From Candidatus Liberimonas magnetica (GTDB taxonomy: Bacteria; Elusimicrobiota; Endomicrobiia; Endomicrobiales; JAFGIL01), in NCBI GenBank assembly GCA_020523885.1, contig JAJAPY010000016.1:10359-74358 (forward strand): DNA of 64,000 bases. Reading direction: 5' to 3'. Under the pieces are notes generated by a model. It worked only from the letters and a program-made list of their open reading frames with translations. It was not told the DNA's origin and searched no databases. Positions 9,206-17,667 of this stretch are shown piece by piece. Numbering within the stretch: position 1 is the first letter of the stretch; each line of letters opens with the position of its first letter. Both the position numbers and the translations under genes were made by a program.

Positions 9206-9382
9206 ATGGCTTATAGTATTAACAAGGATGAGTGCGCAGGATGCGGGGTGTGTGCAGATACATGCAAAACAGAGGCAATTACACAGGATGAAGACAAGTA
9301 TAAGATATTGGAAGAAAAATGTACGGATTGCGGTGAATGTGCTTCCACCTGCCCTGTAGGGTGCATAAGCGAAAGCAATTAG
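9206..9382 (+). CDS. 2x[4Fe-4S] ferredoxin, 58 aa (below the ORF-track size cut-off)
   Basis: Hand translation: MAYSINKDECAGCGVCADTCKTEAITQDEDKYKILEEKCTDCGECASTCPVGCISESN. It has a CxxCxxCxxxC and a CxxCxxCxxxCP motif. GGAGG lies 8 nt upstream; TAG stop at 9380-9382. Confidence 0.75.
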   Translation: MAYSINKDECAGCGVCADTCKTEAITQDEDKYKILEEKCTDCGECASTCPVGCISESN

Positions 9383-9407
9383 GTTCTGCTGAAAAAATCA
9401 TCAGACC

Positions 9408-9483
9408 CTGATTACAACGATTACACAGATTAATCATCGATGAAGTTTCTGTGTAATCTGCCTTTACAATCCGTGTAATCATG
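9408..9483. repeat. Stutter-arm inverted repeat, GATTACA dialect
   Basis: The left arm ctgattacaacgattacacagattaatcat is mirrored by the right arm ttctgtgtaatctgcctttacaatccgtgtaatcatg. Confidence 0.75.
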
Positions 9484-9507
9484 ACCGTTGAGGATTTTTC
9501 AACGGTC
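9483..9507 (+). terminator. 9-bp hairpin without a clear U-tract, just upstream of uppS
   Basis: GACCGTTGA-ggatttt-TCAACGGTC. Confidence 0.3.
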
Positions 9508-9512
9508 TAAAT

Positions 9513-10241
9513 TTGAGATCCAAGGGGCTTTCAGTGCCTTTAAAAGAGAAGATAGATCTTTCTAAGCTGCCAAGGCACATAGCTATTATTATGGACGGAA
9601 ACGGCCGGTGGGCAAAAAAACGGAAACTACCCAGGGTTTTTGGCCATCGTGCAGGTATTAAATCCGTAAGAGAAACCGTAGAAACATGCGCAGAGTTAAA
9701 AATAGAAGTTTTAACCCTGTATGCCTTTTCAACAGAAAACTGGTCCCGCCCGAAAACCGAAGTTAATGCTTTAATGGCGCTTTTAAAGCTTTATCTAATG
9801 AAAGAGTTCGACAATTTAATGCGGAACGATATCAGGCTTAATGCCATAGGGGATATTTTAGGGTTACCGGAAGCTCCTAGAAAAGAGCTTTTAGGCATAA
9901 TGGAAAAGACAAGGACTAATAAGGGCTTGGTGCTGAATTTAGCTTTGAATTACGGCGGCAGGCAAGAAATATTGAATGCAGTAACCGGGATGATCAAAGA
10001 TAAAGTAGAAAAGGCAGATGAGGGAACGTTCAAAAAATACCTGTACACAAGCCTCTTCCCTGACCCTGACCTGTTGATAAGGACATCCGGAGAGATGAGG
10101 CTTTCGAACTTCCTGCTGTGGCAGAGTGCATATACCGAATTATATATTACAGAAGTTCTCTGGCCTGAATTCAGGGCTAAAAACCTGTATGAAGCTATAA
10201 GTGATTATCAGAAAAGAGAACGCAGGTACGGGGGAATATAA
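9513..10241 (+). CDS. uppS: Undecaprenyl diphosphate synthase
   Basis: IIMDGNGRWA motif, RTSGEMRLSNFLLWQSAYTE C-terminal motif. The start is uncertain (TTG 9513 or GTG 9534). Confidence 0.95.
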   Translation: MRSKGLSVPLKEKIDLSKLPRHIAIIMDGNGRWAKKRKLPRVFGHRAGIKSVRETVETCAELKIEVLTLYAFSTENWSRPKTEVNALMALLKLYLMKEFDNLMRNDIRLNAIGDILGLPEAPRKELLGIMEKTRTNKGLVLNLALNYGGRQEILNAVTGMIKDKVEKADEGTFKKYLYTSLFPDPDLLIRTSGEMRLSNFLLWQSAYTELYITEVLWPEFRAKNLYEAISDYQKRERRYGGI

Positions 10242-10248
10242 AACAACA

Positions 10249-10325
10249 GTCTTGAGTAATGTGTCTTGAGTCGTGAGAAAGAAATTGTTTTAGGCTCAGG
10301 ACTTAGGACTTAGGACTTAGGACTC
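10249..10325. repeat. Stutter-arm inverted repeat, GTCTTGAG / GGACTTAG dialect
   Basis: Left arm gtcttgagtaatgtgtcttgagtcgtgag. Right arm ctcaggacttaggacttaggacttaggactca. The arms pair only if G:U pairs on the + strand are allowed. Confidence 0.7.
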
Positions 10326-10334
10326 ATAACAACT

Positions 10335-11162
10335 ATGCTATTACCACGCTTGATAACGGCTATTATCGGAATACCTATCGTGTTGATCGCTATCTATTGG
10401 GGAGGGATACCTTTTTTTCTCCTAATGTTCGCGGTTATATTTTTGGCTTTGAAAGAATACTTTATGCTCACAACTTACGGCGGGTACAACAACCAGAGCA
10501 TAATCGGCACTATATCCGGATTACTGCTTTTTGTTTCCATGTATTTGAATACAACGAATTTTGGCCCAAAATACTTTAACCAAGGTACAGCCCTACTTGT
10601 AACTGTTATATTTGTAGGAATATTTACAAGGGAGCTCGTACGTAAAAGCCATGAAAAGAGTATCGAAAGCCTTGCAATAACGTTTTTTGGGGCATTTATT
10701 ATTCCCTGGACCTTAGGGCATCTTGTTTTGATAAGGAATCTAAGGCCAACAGGGATGTTGTATGTATTTTTTCTTTTCATAATAATATGGATTTTAGATA
10801 CCGGCGCATACGTTTTTGGAAGCCATTTCGGGCGTAACAGCCTGGCTGAAAAAATAAGCCCTAAAAAAACCCTTGAAGGCGCCATTGGCGGTGTTATTAC
10901 GGCCGTACTGATAGGCATAATAAGCTACTTTATTTTTTTAAAGAATTATTTTACCATGCGGGAGTTAATCCTTGTATCATTTTTAATATCTATAATTGCA
11001 CAGTTTTCCGACCTGTCCGAGTCTCTGATCAAAAGAGATGTAGGTGTAAAGGATTCCGCAAATTTGCTGCCTGGCCATGGCGGTATATTAGATAGGTTCG
11101 ATTCGTTCTTATTTACTGCTCCGCTTTTCTATTATTATCTTACAATTTTTAAGGGAAACTAA
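10335..11162 (+). CDS. cdsA: Phosphatidate cytidylyltransferase
   Basis: Polytopic protein with the signature SLIKRDVGVKDSANLLPGHGGILDRFDS. Confidence 0.85.
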   Translation: MLLPRLITAIIGIPIVLIAIYWGGIPFFLLMFAVIFLALKEYFMLTTYGGYNNQSIIGTISGLLLFVSMYLNTTNFGPKYFNQGTALLVTVIFVGIFTRELVRKSHEKSIESLAITFFGAFIIPWTLGHLVLIRNLRPTGMLYVFFLFIIIWILDTGAYVFGSHFGRNSLAEKISPKKTLEGAIGGVITAVLIGIISYFIFLKNYFTMRELILVSFLISIIAQFSDLSESLIKRDVGVKDSANLLPGHGGILDRFDSFLFTAPLFYYYLTIFKGN

Positions 11163-11163
11163 G

Positions 11164-11270
11164 AAAATAATGCAAATTGAAAATTGCAAAATGAAAAATT
11201 AAGGAATAAAAACTTATTTAATAAAAGTCGTTAACCTTAATCTTGCATTTTTTATTTTGCAATTTTCATT
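11164..11270. repeat. Stutter-arm inverted repeat, TGCAAAAT dialect (simple form)
   Basis: aaaataatgcaaattgaaaattgcaaaatgaaaaattaagg ... tttaataaaagtcgttaaccttaatcttgcattttttattttgcaattttcatt. Confidence 0.85.
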
Positions 11271-11291
11271 GGTGTTTATTGGAGCAATTTT

Positions 11292-12443
11292 GTGAAAAAA
11301 ATAGTCATTCTCGGCTCGACCGGTTCTATCGGATGCCAGGCAATTAATGTCATAAAACGGCTGAGAGGGGAAATAGAAATAGCCGGCCTTACCACCTATT
11401 CAAATCTGGCCTTGCTGAAAAAACAGATAAGAGTATGCCGTCCTCAGATAGTGTCGGTATGGAAAGAAGAACAGGCTTTGGAATTGAACGAGTGGTGCAA
11501 AAGAAATAAGATCAAGCTTGAAATACTGCATGGCCTTGAAGGGCTTGTAGAAATTGCCGGCTGCGCCGCATCTGACATGGTCCTTTCTGCGGTAGTCGGC
11601 TCGATAGGTCTTAAACCACTTCTTGCGGCTATTAAGAGCAAGAAAAATATAGCTTTGGCAAATAAAGAAGCGCTGGTCATAGCCGGCGATATTATAATGG
11701 CCGAAGCAAAAAAAAATAAAGTTAAGCTGATTCCTGTAGACAGCGAGCATTCGGCGGTATTCCAATGTCTGAAACAAGAGGATGCAAAAACAGTTCATAA
11801 GATCATTTTAACGGCTTCTGGCGGCCCCTTTTACAGGTATAACAGCTCTCATTCAGATATTAAAGTTTCACAAGCCCTGGACCATCCTACATGGAAGATG
11901 GGGCAAAAGATAACGATAGATTCAGCAACTTTGATGAACAAGGGTCTTGAAGCTATTGAAGCTCATCATCTGTTCAATATCGGGTTTGATAAAATAGAAA
12001 TAGTCATTCATCCTCAATCCATAGTCCATTCAATGGTTGAATTTATAGATACTACCGTGTTGGCTCATTTGTCCTATCCTACTATGGAATTGCCTATACA
12101 GTATGCTCTAACATATCCGGAAAGGTGTAAGTTGCCTTTAAGAAGACTTGATTTATCCGTTATTAAAAGATTGGAGTTCGATGCCCCTGATTTTGACAGG
12201 TTCCCGTGTCTGAAACTTGCACTAAATGCAGGAAAGATATCCGGTACAATGCCTGCTGTCATGAATGCGGCGAACGAGAAAGCAGTAAGGTTTTTTTTAG
12301 ATGGAAAAATAAAGTTTACCGATATTGCAAAAATAATAAAAAAAGTCATGTCGCTTCATAAAACTATAGAAAACCCGTCTTTAGATGATATATTTGCAGC
12401 AGATTTATGGGCCAGGGAAGTAACTAGAGCGTTTAGCGGATAG
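11292..12443 (+). CDS. dxr: 1-deoxy-D-xylulose 5-phosphate reductoisomerase
   Basis: ILGSTGSIG NADPH motif, LANKEALV, DSEHSA, HPTWKMG motifs. GTG start. Confidence 0.95.
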   Translation: MKKIVILGSTGSIGCQAINVIKRLRGEIEIAGLTTYSNLALLKKQIRVCRPQIVSVWKEEQALELNEWCKRNKIKLEILHGLEGLVEIAGCAASDMVLSAVVGSIGLKPLLAAIKSKKNIALANKEALVIAGDIIMAEAKKNKVKLIPVDSEHSAVFQCLKQEDAKTVHKIILTASGGPFYRYNSSHSDIKVSQALDHPTWKMGQKITIDSATLMNKGLEAIEAHHLFNIGFDKIEIVIHPQSIVHSMVEFIDTTVLAHLSYPTMELPIQYALTYPERCKLPLRRLDLSVIKRLEFDAPDFDRFPCLKLALNAGKISGTMPAVMNAANEKAVRFFLDGKIKFTDIAKIIKKVMSLHKTIENPSLDDIFAADLWAREVTRAFSG

Positions 12444-12518
12444 CGTAGAGCGGATAGGAAAAACAAAGTCTTTCTGTTTTGTTGTTTACTATACGCTATA
12501 CGCTGAACGCTCTACGCT
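12426..12518. repeat. Stutter-arm inverted repeat, AGCGTAGAGCG dialect
   Basis: Left arm agagcgtttagcggatagcgtagagcggatagg, which overlaps the last dxr codons. Right arm ctatacgctatacgctgaacgctctacgct. Confidence 0.8.
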
Positions 12519-12532
12519 AAAAAGGAGATATA

Positions 12533-13591
12533 ATGTTTCATATAGCAGGACTTAACGTTACGATATTCCAGATAGTGGCTACGATATTCGGTATTGGTAT
12601 ACTGGTTTTTGTGCACGAGTTGGGCCATTTTATTATGGCAAAGAAGTTTAAACTCAAAGTAGAGAAGTTCACTTTTGGTTTCGGTCCCGAGATATTCGGC
12701 TATACTTACGGGGAAACCAGGTACGCTGTCTGTGCAATCCCTTTGGGAGGAATGGTAAAGATGCCCGGGGAAGATATAGAATCAGCTACAGGTTCTCCGG
12801 GGGAATTTTATTCGCAGCCGTGGTATAAAAGGTTAATAATCGCTTTTGCCGGGCCTTTCATGAACTATGTTTTTGCAGTCATAATCTTTGCTATTGTCAT
12901 ATTTGTCTGGGGGCTTGCAAAACCGTCCGACCTTCCTAAAATAGGCGAAGTCATAGAAGGTTATCCTGCGCAAACCGCAGGAATTCAAGCAGGGGATACC
13001 GTTCTTAAAATAAATGGCGTAGCTGTAACTAACTGGGCTGATATGGCAGGATATATCCACTCTCATTCTAACGAAGAATTAAAACTTTTAATATCGCGCA
13101 GCAATGAAAATATTACGTTTAAGATAATCCCCAAAAAGGATGATGTCTCAGGGTTTGGAGTGATAGGCATATCGCCGCAGTTTGAGACCGAGTATGTCAC
13201 TTTGCCGGCTTCTGCCTGGCTCGGCACAAAGATGGTAATATTTCAGTCCCTGTTTACATTGGAATATCTCGGCCAGAAATTGATAAAATTTGAAAAACCG
13301 GATGTTGCAGGGCCCATCGGGGTGATCCAGTACCTGGCGAAAGCAGCTAAAACAGGTTGGAGGACCTTGCTTCATTTCCTTGCAGTCATATCCACAGCTC
13401 TCGGGCTGTTTAACCTGCTACCTATCCCTATCCTTGACGGCGGACATATATTCATAGCCCTTATAGAAGGCATTATAAGAAGGCCGGTGAACAAAAAAAC
13501 TATCATAACCGCTAATATGGTGGGTCTAAGCATAATAGTCCTTATCTTTATTCTTGCTACATACAATGATATAACACGGATAATGCAATAG
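12533..13591 (+). CDS. rseP: RIP zinc metalloprotease RseP
   Basis: HELGH zinc motif in TM1, PDZ domain, C-terminal NLLPIPILDGGH motif. Confidence 0.9.
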   Translation: MFHIAGLNVTIFQIVATIFGIGILVFVHELGHFIMAKKFKLKVEKFTFGFGPEIFGYTYGETRYAVCAIPLGGMVKMPGEDIESATGSPGEFYSQPWYKRLIIAFAGPFMNYVFAVIIFAIVIFVWGLAKPSDLPKIGEVIEGYPAQTAGIQAGDTVLKINGVAVTNWADMAGYIHSHSNEELKLLISRSNENITFKIIPKKDDVSGFGVIGISPQFETEYVTLPASAWLGTKMVIFQSLFTLEYLGQKLIKFEKPDVAGPIGVIQYLAKAAKTGWRTLLHFLAVISTALGLFNLLPIPILDGGHIFIALIEGIIRRPVNKKTIITANMVGLSIIVLIFILATYNDITRIMQ

Positions 13592-13600
13592 AGGATAAAT

Positions 13601-13730
13601 ACTAAACTCTAAATCCTAAACAAACTCAAAACTCAATTAACAAAAACTAAAAAATACAACTGGATTTGTTTTGAATTTGAAGCTTTGAGTATTTGAGTTT
13701 ATCTAGAGTTTAGGATTTAGTGTTTAGGGT
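13601..13730. repeat. Stutter-arm inverted repeat, CTAAACTC / GAGTTTAG dialect
   Basis: Left arm actaaactctaaatcctaaacaaactcaaaactcaa. Right arm ttgagtatttgagtttatctagagtttaggatttagtgtttaggg. The same units appear in both arms but in a permuted order. Confidence 0.75.
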
Positions 13731-13751
13731 TTTAAATTCAGAGGTTAAAGT

Positions 13752-14840
13752 ATGTTTAAACGTTGGCAAACAAGGAAAGTTAATATAGGTAAGTTGAGTA
13801 TCGGCGGGGGCTCTCCTGTCCTTGTCCAATCTATGACAAATACCAAGACATCCGACGTCAATTCGACAGTAAGCCAGATAAAAAAACTTGAAGATGCGGG
13901 CTGCGATATTGTAAGGGTATCTGTACCTGACCTGGAGGCCGCACGCAGCATAGAAAAAATAAAGAATAAGATAAAAATACCTCTTGTCTGCGACATCCAT
14001 TTTGACTACAAGCTCGCCATCGAATCGATAAAACGGGGTGCAGATAAGATAAGGATCAACCCGGGCAATATCGGGTCAGTTGATAAAGTTCAGGCAGTGG
14101 TCGAAGCTGCAAAAAAAGCAAGGATACCTATACGCATAGGCGTTAATGCAGGGTCTTTAAAAAAAGCCCAGGGTTTAGACACGTACAAGAAAAGAGCAGA
14201 AGTTCTTGCAGGTTCGGCTCTGGAACACATCAAGTTGCTTGAGAAGTTAAACTTCTATGATACGGTAGTTGCTTTAAAAGCCTCCGATGTCCTGACCACT
14301 ATAGAAGCATACAGAGTCTTTGCATCTAAAAAAAATTATCCTTTGCATATTGGCATTTCGGAATCAGGGAGTGTTTACAGAGGCACCATTAAATCTTCGG
14401 TAGGTTTAGGAGTGCTTCTTTACATGGGACTCGGGGATACTTTAAGGGTTTCTTTGACAGGCAACCCCGTGGATGAGGTCCAGGTGGGCTATCATATCCT
14501 GCAGACTCTCGGTCTCCGTTCTACGGGCATAGATATGGTCTCGTGCCCGACTTGTTCAAGGTGCGAGGTAGATTTGATCAAAATAGTAAACAAAATAGAA
14601 GATGAAATAAAATCCGTAAAAATATCATCCAGGTACAAGAAAAAACCGTTAAAAGTAGCTGTTATGGGGTGTGTAGTCAACGGCCCGGGAGAGGCTAAGG
14701 AATCCGATTTCGGAATAGCCGGAGGGAAAAACTCAGGGTTGTTATTTGTCAAAGGCAAAATTATAAAACGATTGAAACCCAAAGATTGGGTAAAGACCAT
14801 ACTAAAACTGATAAAAGAAAAAAATAAGGGCAAAAGCTAG
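13752..14840 (+). CDS. ispG: 4-hydroxy-3-methylbut-2-enyl diphosphate synthase
   Basis: GGGSPVLVQSMTNT N-terminus, CPTCSRC and GCVVNGPGE cluster motifs. Confidence 0.95.
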   Translation: MFKRWQTRKVNIGKLSIGGGSPVLVQSMTNTKTSDVNSTVSQIKKLEDAGCDIVRVSVPDLEAARSIEKIKNKIKIPLVCDIHFDYKLAIESIKRGADKIRINPGNIGSVDKVQAVVEAAKKARIPIRIGVNAGSLKKAQGLDTYKKRAEVLAGSALEHIKLLEKLNFYDTVVALKASDVLTTIEAYRVFASKKNYPLHIGISESGSVYRGTIKSSVGLGVLLYMGLGDTLRVSLTGNPVDEVQVGYHILQTLGLRSTGIDMVSCPTCSRCEVDLIKIVNKIEDEIKSVKISSRYKKKPLKVAVMGCVVNGPGEAKESDFGIAGGKNSGLLFVKGKIIKRLKPKDWVKTILKLIKEKNKGKS

Positions 14841-14910
14841 GGCCAAAGAGGCAAGGATAAGGAAAACATGATTCCTATTGATCCTTGACCCTGAAGTTTT
14901 GACCCTGATT
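14826..14910. repeat. Imperfect stutter-arm inverted repeat, AAGG/CCTTG dialect
   Basis: aagggcaaaagctagggccaaagaggcaaggataagg ... cctattgatccttgaccctgaagttttgaccctg. The left arm overlaps the ispG stop. Confidence 0.5.
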
Positions 14911-14924
14911 TTCGGGAGTAGAAA

Positions 14925-15395
14925 ATGTCAAAAGAAATTTATTTAACCAGGGAAGGTTATGCAAAGCTGAATGAAGAGCTTGAAAGGCTCAAAAAAAGAA
15001 AACCTCAAATTTCAAAAGATATAGGGACAGCAAGAGAGATGGGCGATCTAAAAGAAAATGCAGAGTACCATGCGGCTAAAGAGACCCTGGGGCATTTGGT
15101 AAGCAGGATAGCCGAGCTTGAGGACAAGATAGCAAGGTCAAAAATAATTGACGAACAAAATATAGCTAAAGACACGATATATATAGGCGCTACGGTTACT
15201 CTTGAAGATATAGAAGAAAAAGATGAATTTGCTTATACCATCGTTGATATAGAAGAAGCAAACCCAGGCGAGGGTAAAATATCCGTACAGTCGCCTTTGG
15301 CACAGGGCCTGCTCGGGCATAAAGTAGGGGAAACCCTTGAGGTCAATTTGCCAGGCGGCAAATTAAATGTTAAAATACTAAAAATAACAAGATAA
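14925..15395 (+). CDS. greA: Transcription elongation factor GreA
   Basis: Coiled-coil N-terminus with GDLKENAEYHAAKE, C-terminal FKBP-like domain. Confidence 0.95.
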   Translation: MSKEIYLTREGYAKLNEELERLKKRKPQISKDIGTAREMGDLKENAEYHAAKETLGHLVSRIAELEDKIARSKIIDEQNIAKDTIYIGATVTLEDIEEKDEFAYTIVDIEEANPGEGKISVQSPLAQGLLGHKVGETLEVNLPGGKLNVKILKITR

Positions 15396-15404
15396 GTATA
15401 TAAC

Positions 15405-15520
15405 AAATTTCGAATCTCGAATATCGAAATCCGAAAAAAAATCAATATCAAATAGCAAATGAATCAAAATTGTTTTTTATTTAATATTTTTTCGAAATTC
15501 GAAATTGCTTATTCGAGATT
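15405..15520. repeat. Stutter-arm inverted repeat, TTCGAAAT dialect
   Basis: Left arm aaatttcgaatctcgaatatcgaaatccgaaaaaaaa. Right arm ttttttcgaaattcgaaattgcttattcgagatt. Confidence 0.8.
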
Positions 15521-15540
15521 GTAAAAGAAAAAGGATTTTT

Positions 15541-17262
15541 ATGAAGATATCGAAATTATTTCTGCCAACTTTACGGGAAGTCCCGGCTGATGCGGATGTT
15601 ATATCTGCAAAACTTATGTTAAGGTCCGGGATGATTAGAAAAGTATCTTCCGGTATCTATGAATGGCTCCCGCTCGGTTTAAAAGTATTAAAAAAAGTCG
15701 AGGAAGTGGTCAGGCTGGAAATGAATGCCATAGGAGGCCAGGAGGTCTGGTTTCCGCTGCTCCTTCCAAAAGAATTGTGGGAAGAGACCGGGCGCTGGAA
15801 TGTGTATGGGAAAGAGCTTTTCAGGATCAAAGACAGAAAAAACTCCGAGTTTTGCCTGGGACCCACTCACGAAGAAGCAGTTACTGACCTTGTAAGAAGA
15901 GATGTGCGCTCTTACAGGCAATTGCCTCTTATGCTTTACCAGTTCGGCACAAAGTTCAGAGATGAGGTCAGGCCGAGGTTCGGCGTGATGAGGGCAAGGG
16001 AATTTTATATGAAAGACGCCTATTCTTTCCATGCGGATGAAAAGGATGCGGAAAATTATTACCTGAAAGCCTTTGAAGCTTATAAAAAGATATGCGAAAG
16101 GTGCGGGTTTAAATACCGCGCAGTTGAGGCTACCAGCGGAGCTATTGGAGGCGCGTTCTCGCATGAGTTTATGGTGCTTGCCGAAACCGGAGAAGAAGAA
16201 ATAGCGTCATGCCTGTGCGGTTACGGAGCTAATACAGAAAAAACAGAATGCATTAAAACAAGTGCGGAGTGCCAAGTTCGGAGTTCGGAGCAAGAACAAC
16301 TTCAGGAAATTCTTACACCTAACATAAAGACTGTTGAAGAAGTAGGGGCTTTTTTAAAGGAAAAACCTTCGCAATTCATAAAGACGATGATTTATTTGGC
16401 TGACGGCGAACCTGTTATAGCGCTTGTACGCGGCGACTATGAGATAAACGAGCATAAACTTCAATCGGTGCTTAACTGCTCTATCCTGGCTTTGGCGGAT
16501 GAGCAAACGATAGAAAAAATAACAGGGGCACCTCTTGGTTTTGCCGGTCCGGTCAAGCTTAAAGATAATAGCGTTAAGATCATTGCGGACTATTCTGTTG
16601 AATTTATCCTTAATGGAATTTCAGGTGCGAACAGGAAAGATTATCATCTTGTAAATATAAACATAAACAGGGATTTTAAGCCCGGCGTTATTGCCGATAT
16701 AAGAAAGGTGGTCAAAGGCGATGCCTGCCCGCGGTGCAATAAAGAACTCAAATTTAACAGAGGGATCGAAGTAGGGCATACTTTCAAACTGGGAACTAAG
16801 TATTCAAAATCCATGAAAGCGGCATATCTTGACGAGCAGGGAAAAGAAAAACTGATGGTGATGGGCTGTTACGGTATCGGAGTATCCCGTATAGTCGCAG
16901 CAACGATAGAACAGTCTAATGATGAGAACGGTATCATCTGGCCTGTCCCGCTTGCCCCTTTTGAGGTAATAATCGTTCCGATAAACTGGCTTGAGGAAAA
17001 TACCAGGAAAACAAGCGAGAAACTCTATAATGAACTTTTAGAAAAAGACATCGACGTTATTCTAGATGACAGGGAAGAGCGTGCCGGAATGAAGTTTAAA
17101 GATGCAGACCTTATCGGTATCCCTTACCGCATTACGATAAGCGACCGGAACCTTAAAGATAACAAATGTGAACTTAAAGCCAGGTGGGAGAAAAAAGAAG
17201 AATCCAAGCTGATTAATGTTGACGAGATAGTAGATGTCATAATACAGCTGTTAAAAAAATAG
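15541..17262 (+). CDS. proS: Prolyl-tRNA synthetase (bacterial type with INS editing domain)
   Basis: MKISKLFLPTLRE N-terminus, class II motifs (FRDEVRPRFGVMRAREF, GCYGIGVSR). ATG 15541 preferred over the track start at 15505. Confidence 0.95.
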   Translation: MKISKLFLPTLREVPADADVISAKLMLRSGMIRKVSSGIYEWLPLGLKVLKKVEEVVRLEMNAIGGQEVWFPLLLPKELWEETGRWNVYGKELFRIKDRKNSEFCLGPTHEEAVTDLVRRDVRSYRQLPLMLYQFGTKFRDEVRPRFGVMRAREFYMKDAYSFHADEKDAENYYLKAFEAYKKICERCGFKYRAVEATSGAIGGAFSHEFMVLAETGEEEIASCLCGYGANTEKTECIKTSAECQVRSSEQEQLQEILTPNIKTVEEVGAFLKEKPSQFIKTMIYLADGEPVIALVRGDYEINEHKLQSVLNCSILALADEQTIEKITGAPLGFAGPVKLKDNSVKIIADYSVEFILNGISGANRKDYHLVNININRDFKPGVIADIRKVVKGDACPRCNKELKFNRGIEVGHTFKLGTKYSKSMKAAYLDEQGKEKLMVMGCYGIGVSRIVAATIEQSNDENGIIWPVPLAPFEVIIVPINWLEENTRKTSEKLYNELLEKDIDVILDDREERAGMKFKDADLIGIPYRITISDRNLKDNKCELKARWEKKEESKLINVDEIVDVIIQLLKK

Positions 17263-17302
17263 TCGTAAATCTTTGTAATCGTAATAAAAAGAGGTGCTGA
17301 TT

Positions 17303-17452
17303 ATGAGTTTAGTAAAAGAGTTTTTACAGTTTGCCTGGAAAGAAAAGAAATACTGGATAATACCTATGGTCCTGGTTTTCCTTATCCTGGGGTTGTTGAT
17401 TATTTTCTTTGAAAGTGCAACGGTAGTCCCTTTTGTTTATACACTTTTCTAA
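17303..17452 (+). CDS. DUF5989-like 49-aa single-TM protein (below the ORF-track cut-off)
   Basis: Hand translation: MSLVKEFLQFAWKEKKYWIIPMVLVFLILGLLIIFFESATVVPFVYTLF. GAGGTG SD upstream. The TAA stop overlaps the next ATG (TAATG). The C-terminal PFVYTLF matches my memory of DUF5989. Confidence 0.6.
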   Translation: MSLVKEFLQFAWKEKKYWIIPMVLVFLILGLLIIFFESATVVPFVYTLF

Positions 17453-17667
17453 TGATAAAAAAAGCTAAATTACTATACCGACGCTGGGTAGTTATCGCTA
17501 AAAGGATAGCTCTCTTACAGACAAAGATTTTATTTATAGTTACTTACTATATTTTTATAATACCATTTGGTACTTTTGTAAAATTATTCTACAAATTTCC
17601 AAAACCAGGCTGGCATAAAGCCGATGCGCCCGAAGACACTTTAGATGGAGCTAGAAGGCAGTTCTAA
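17452..17667 (+). CDS. Small membrane protein resembling the C-terminal half of SxtJ-family proteins
   Basis: 71 aa with one long hydrophobic segment, ending in RRQF. Translationally coupled on both sides (TAATG junctions). Confidence 0.45.
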   Translation: MIKKAKLLYRRWVVIAKRIALLQTKILFIVTYYIFIIPFGTFVKLFYKFPKPGWHKADAPEDTLDGARRQF

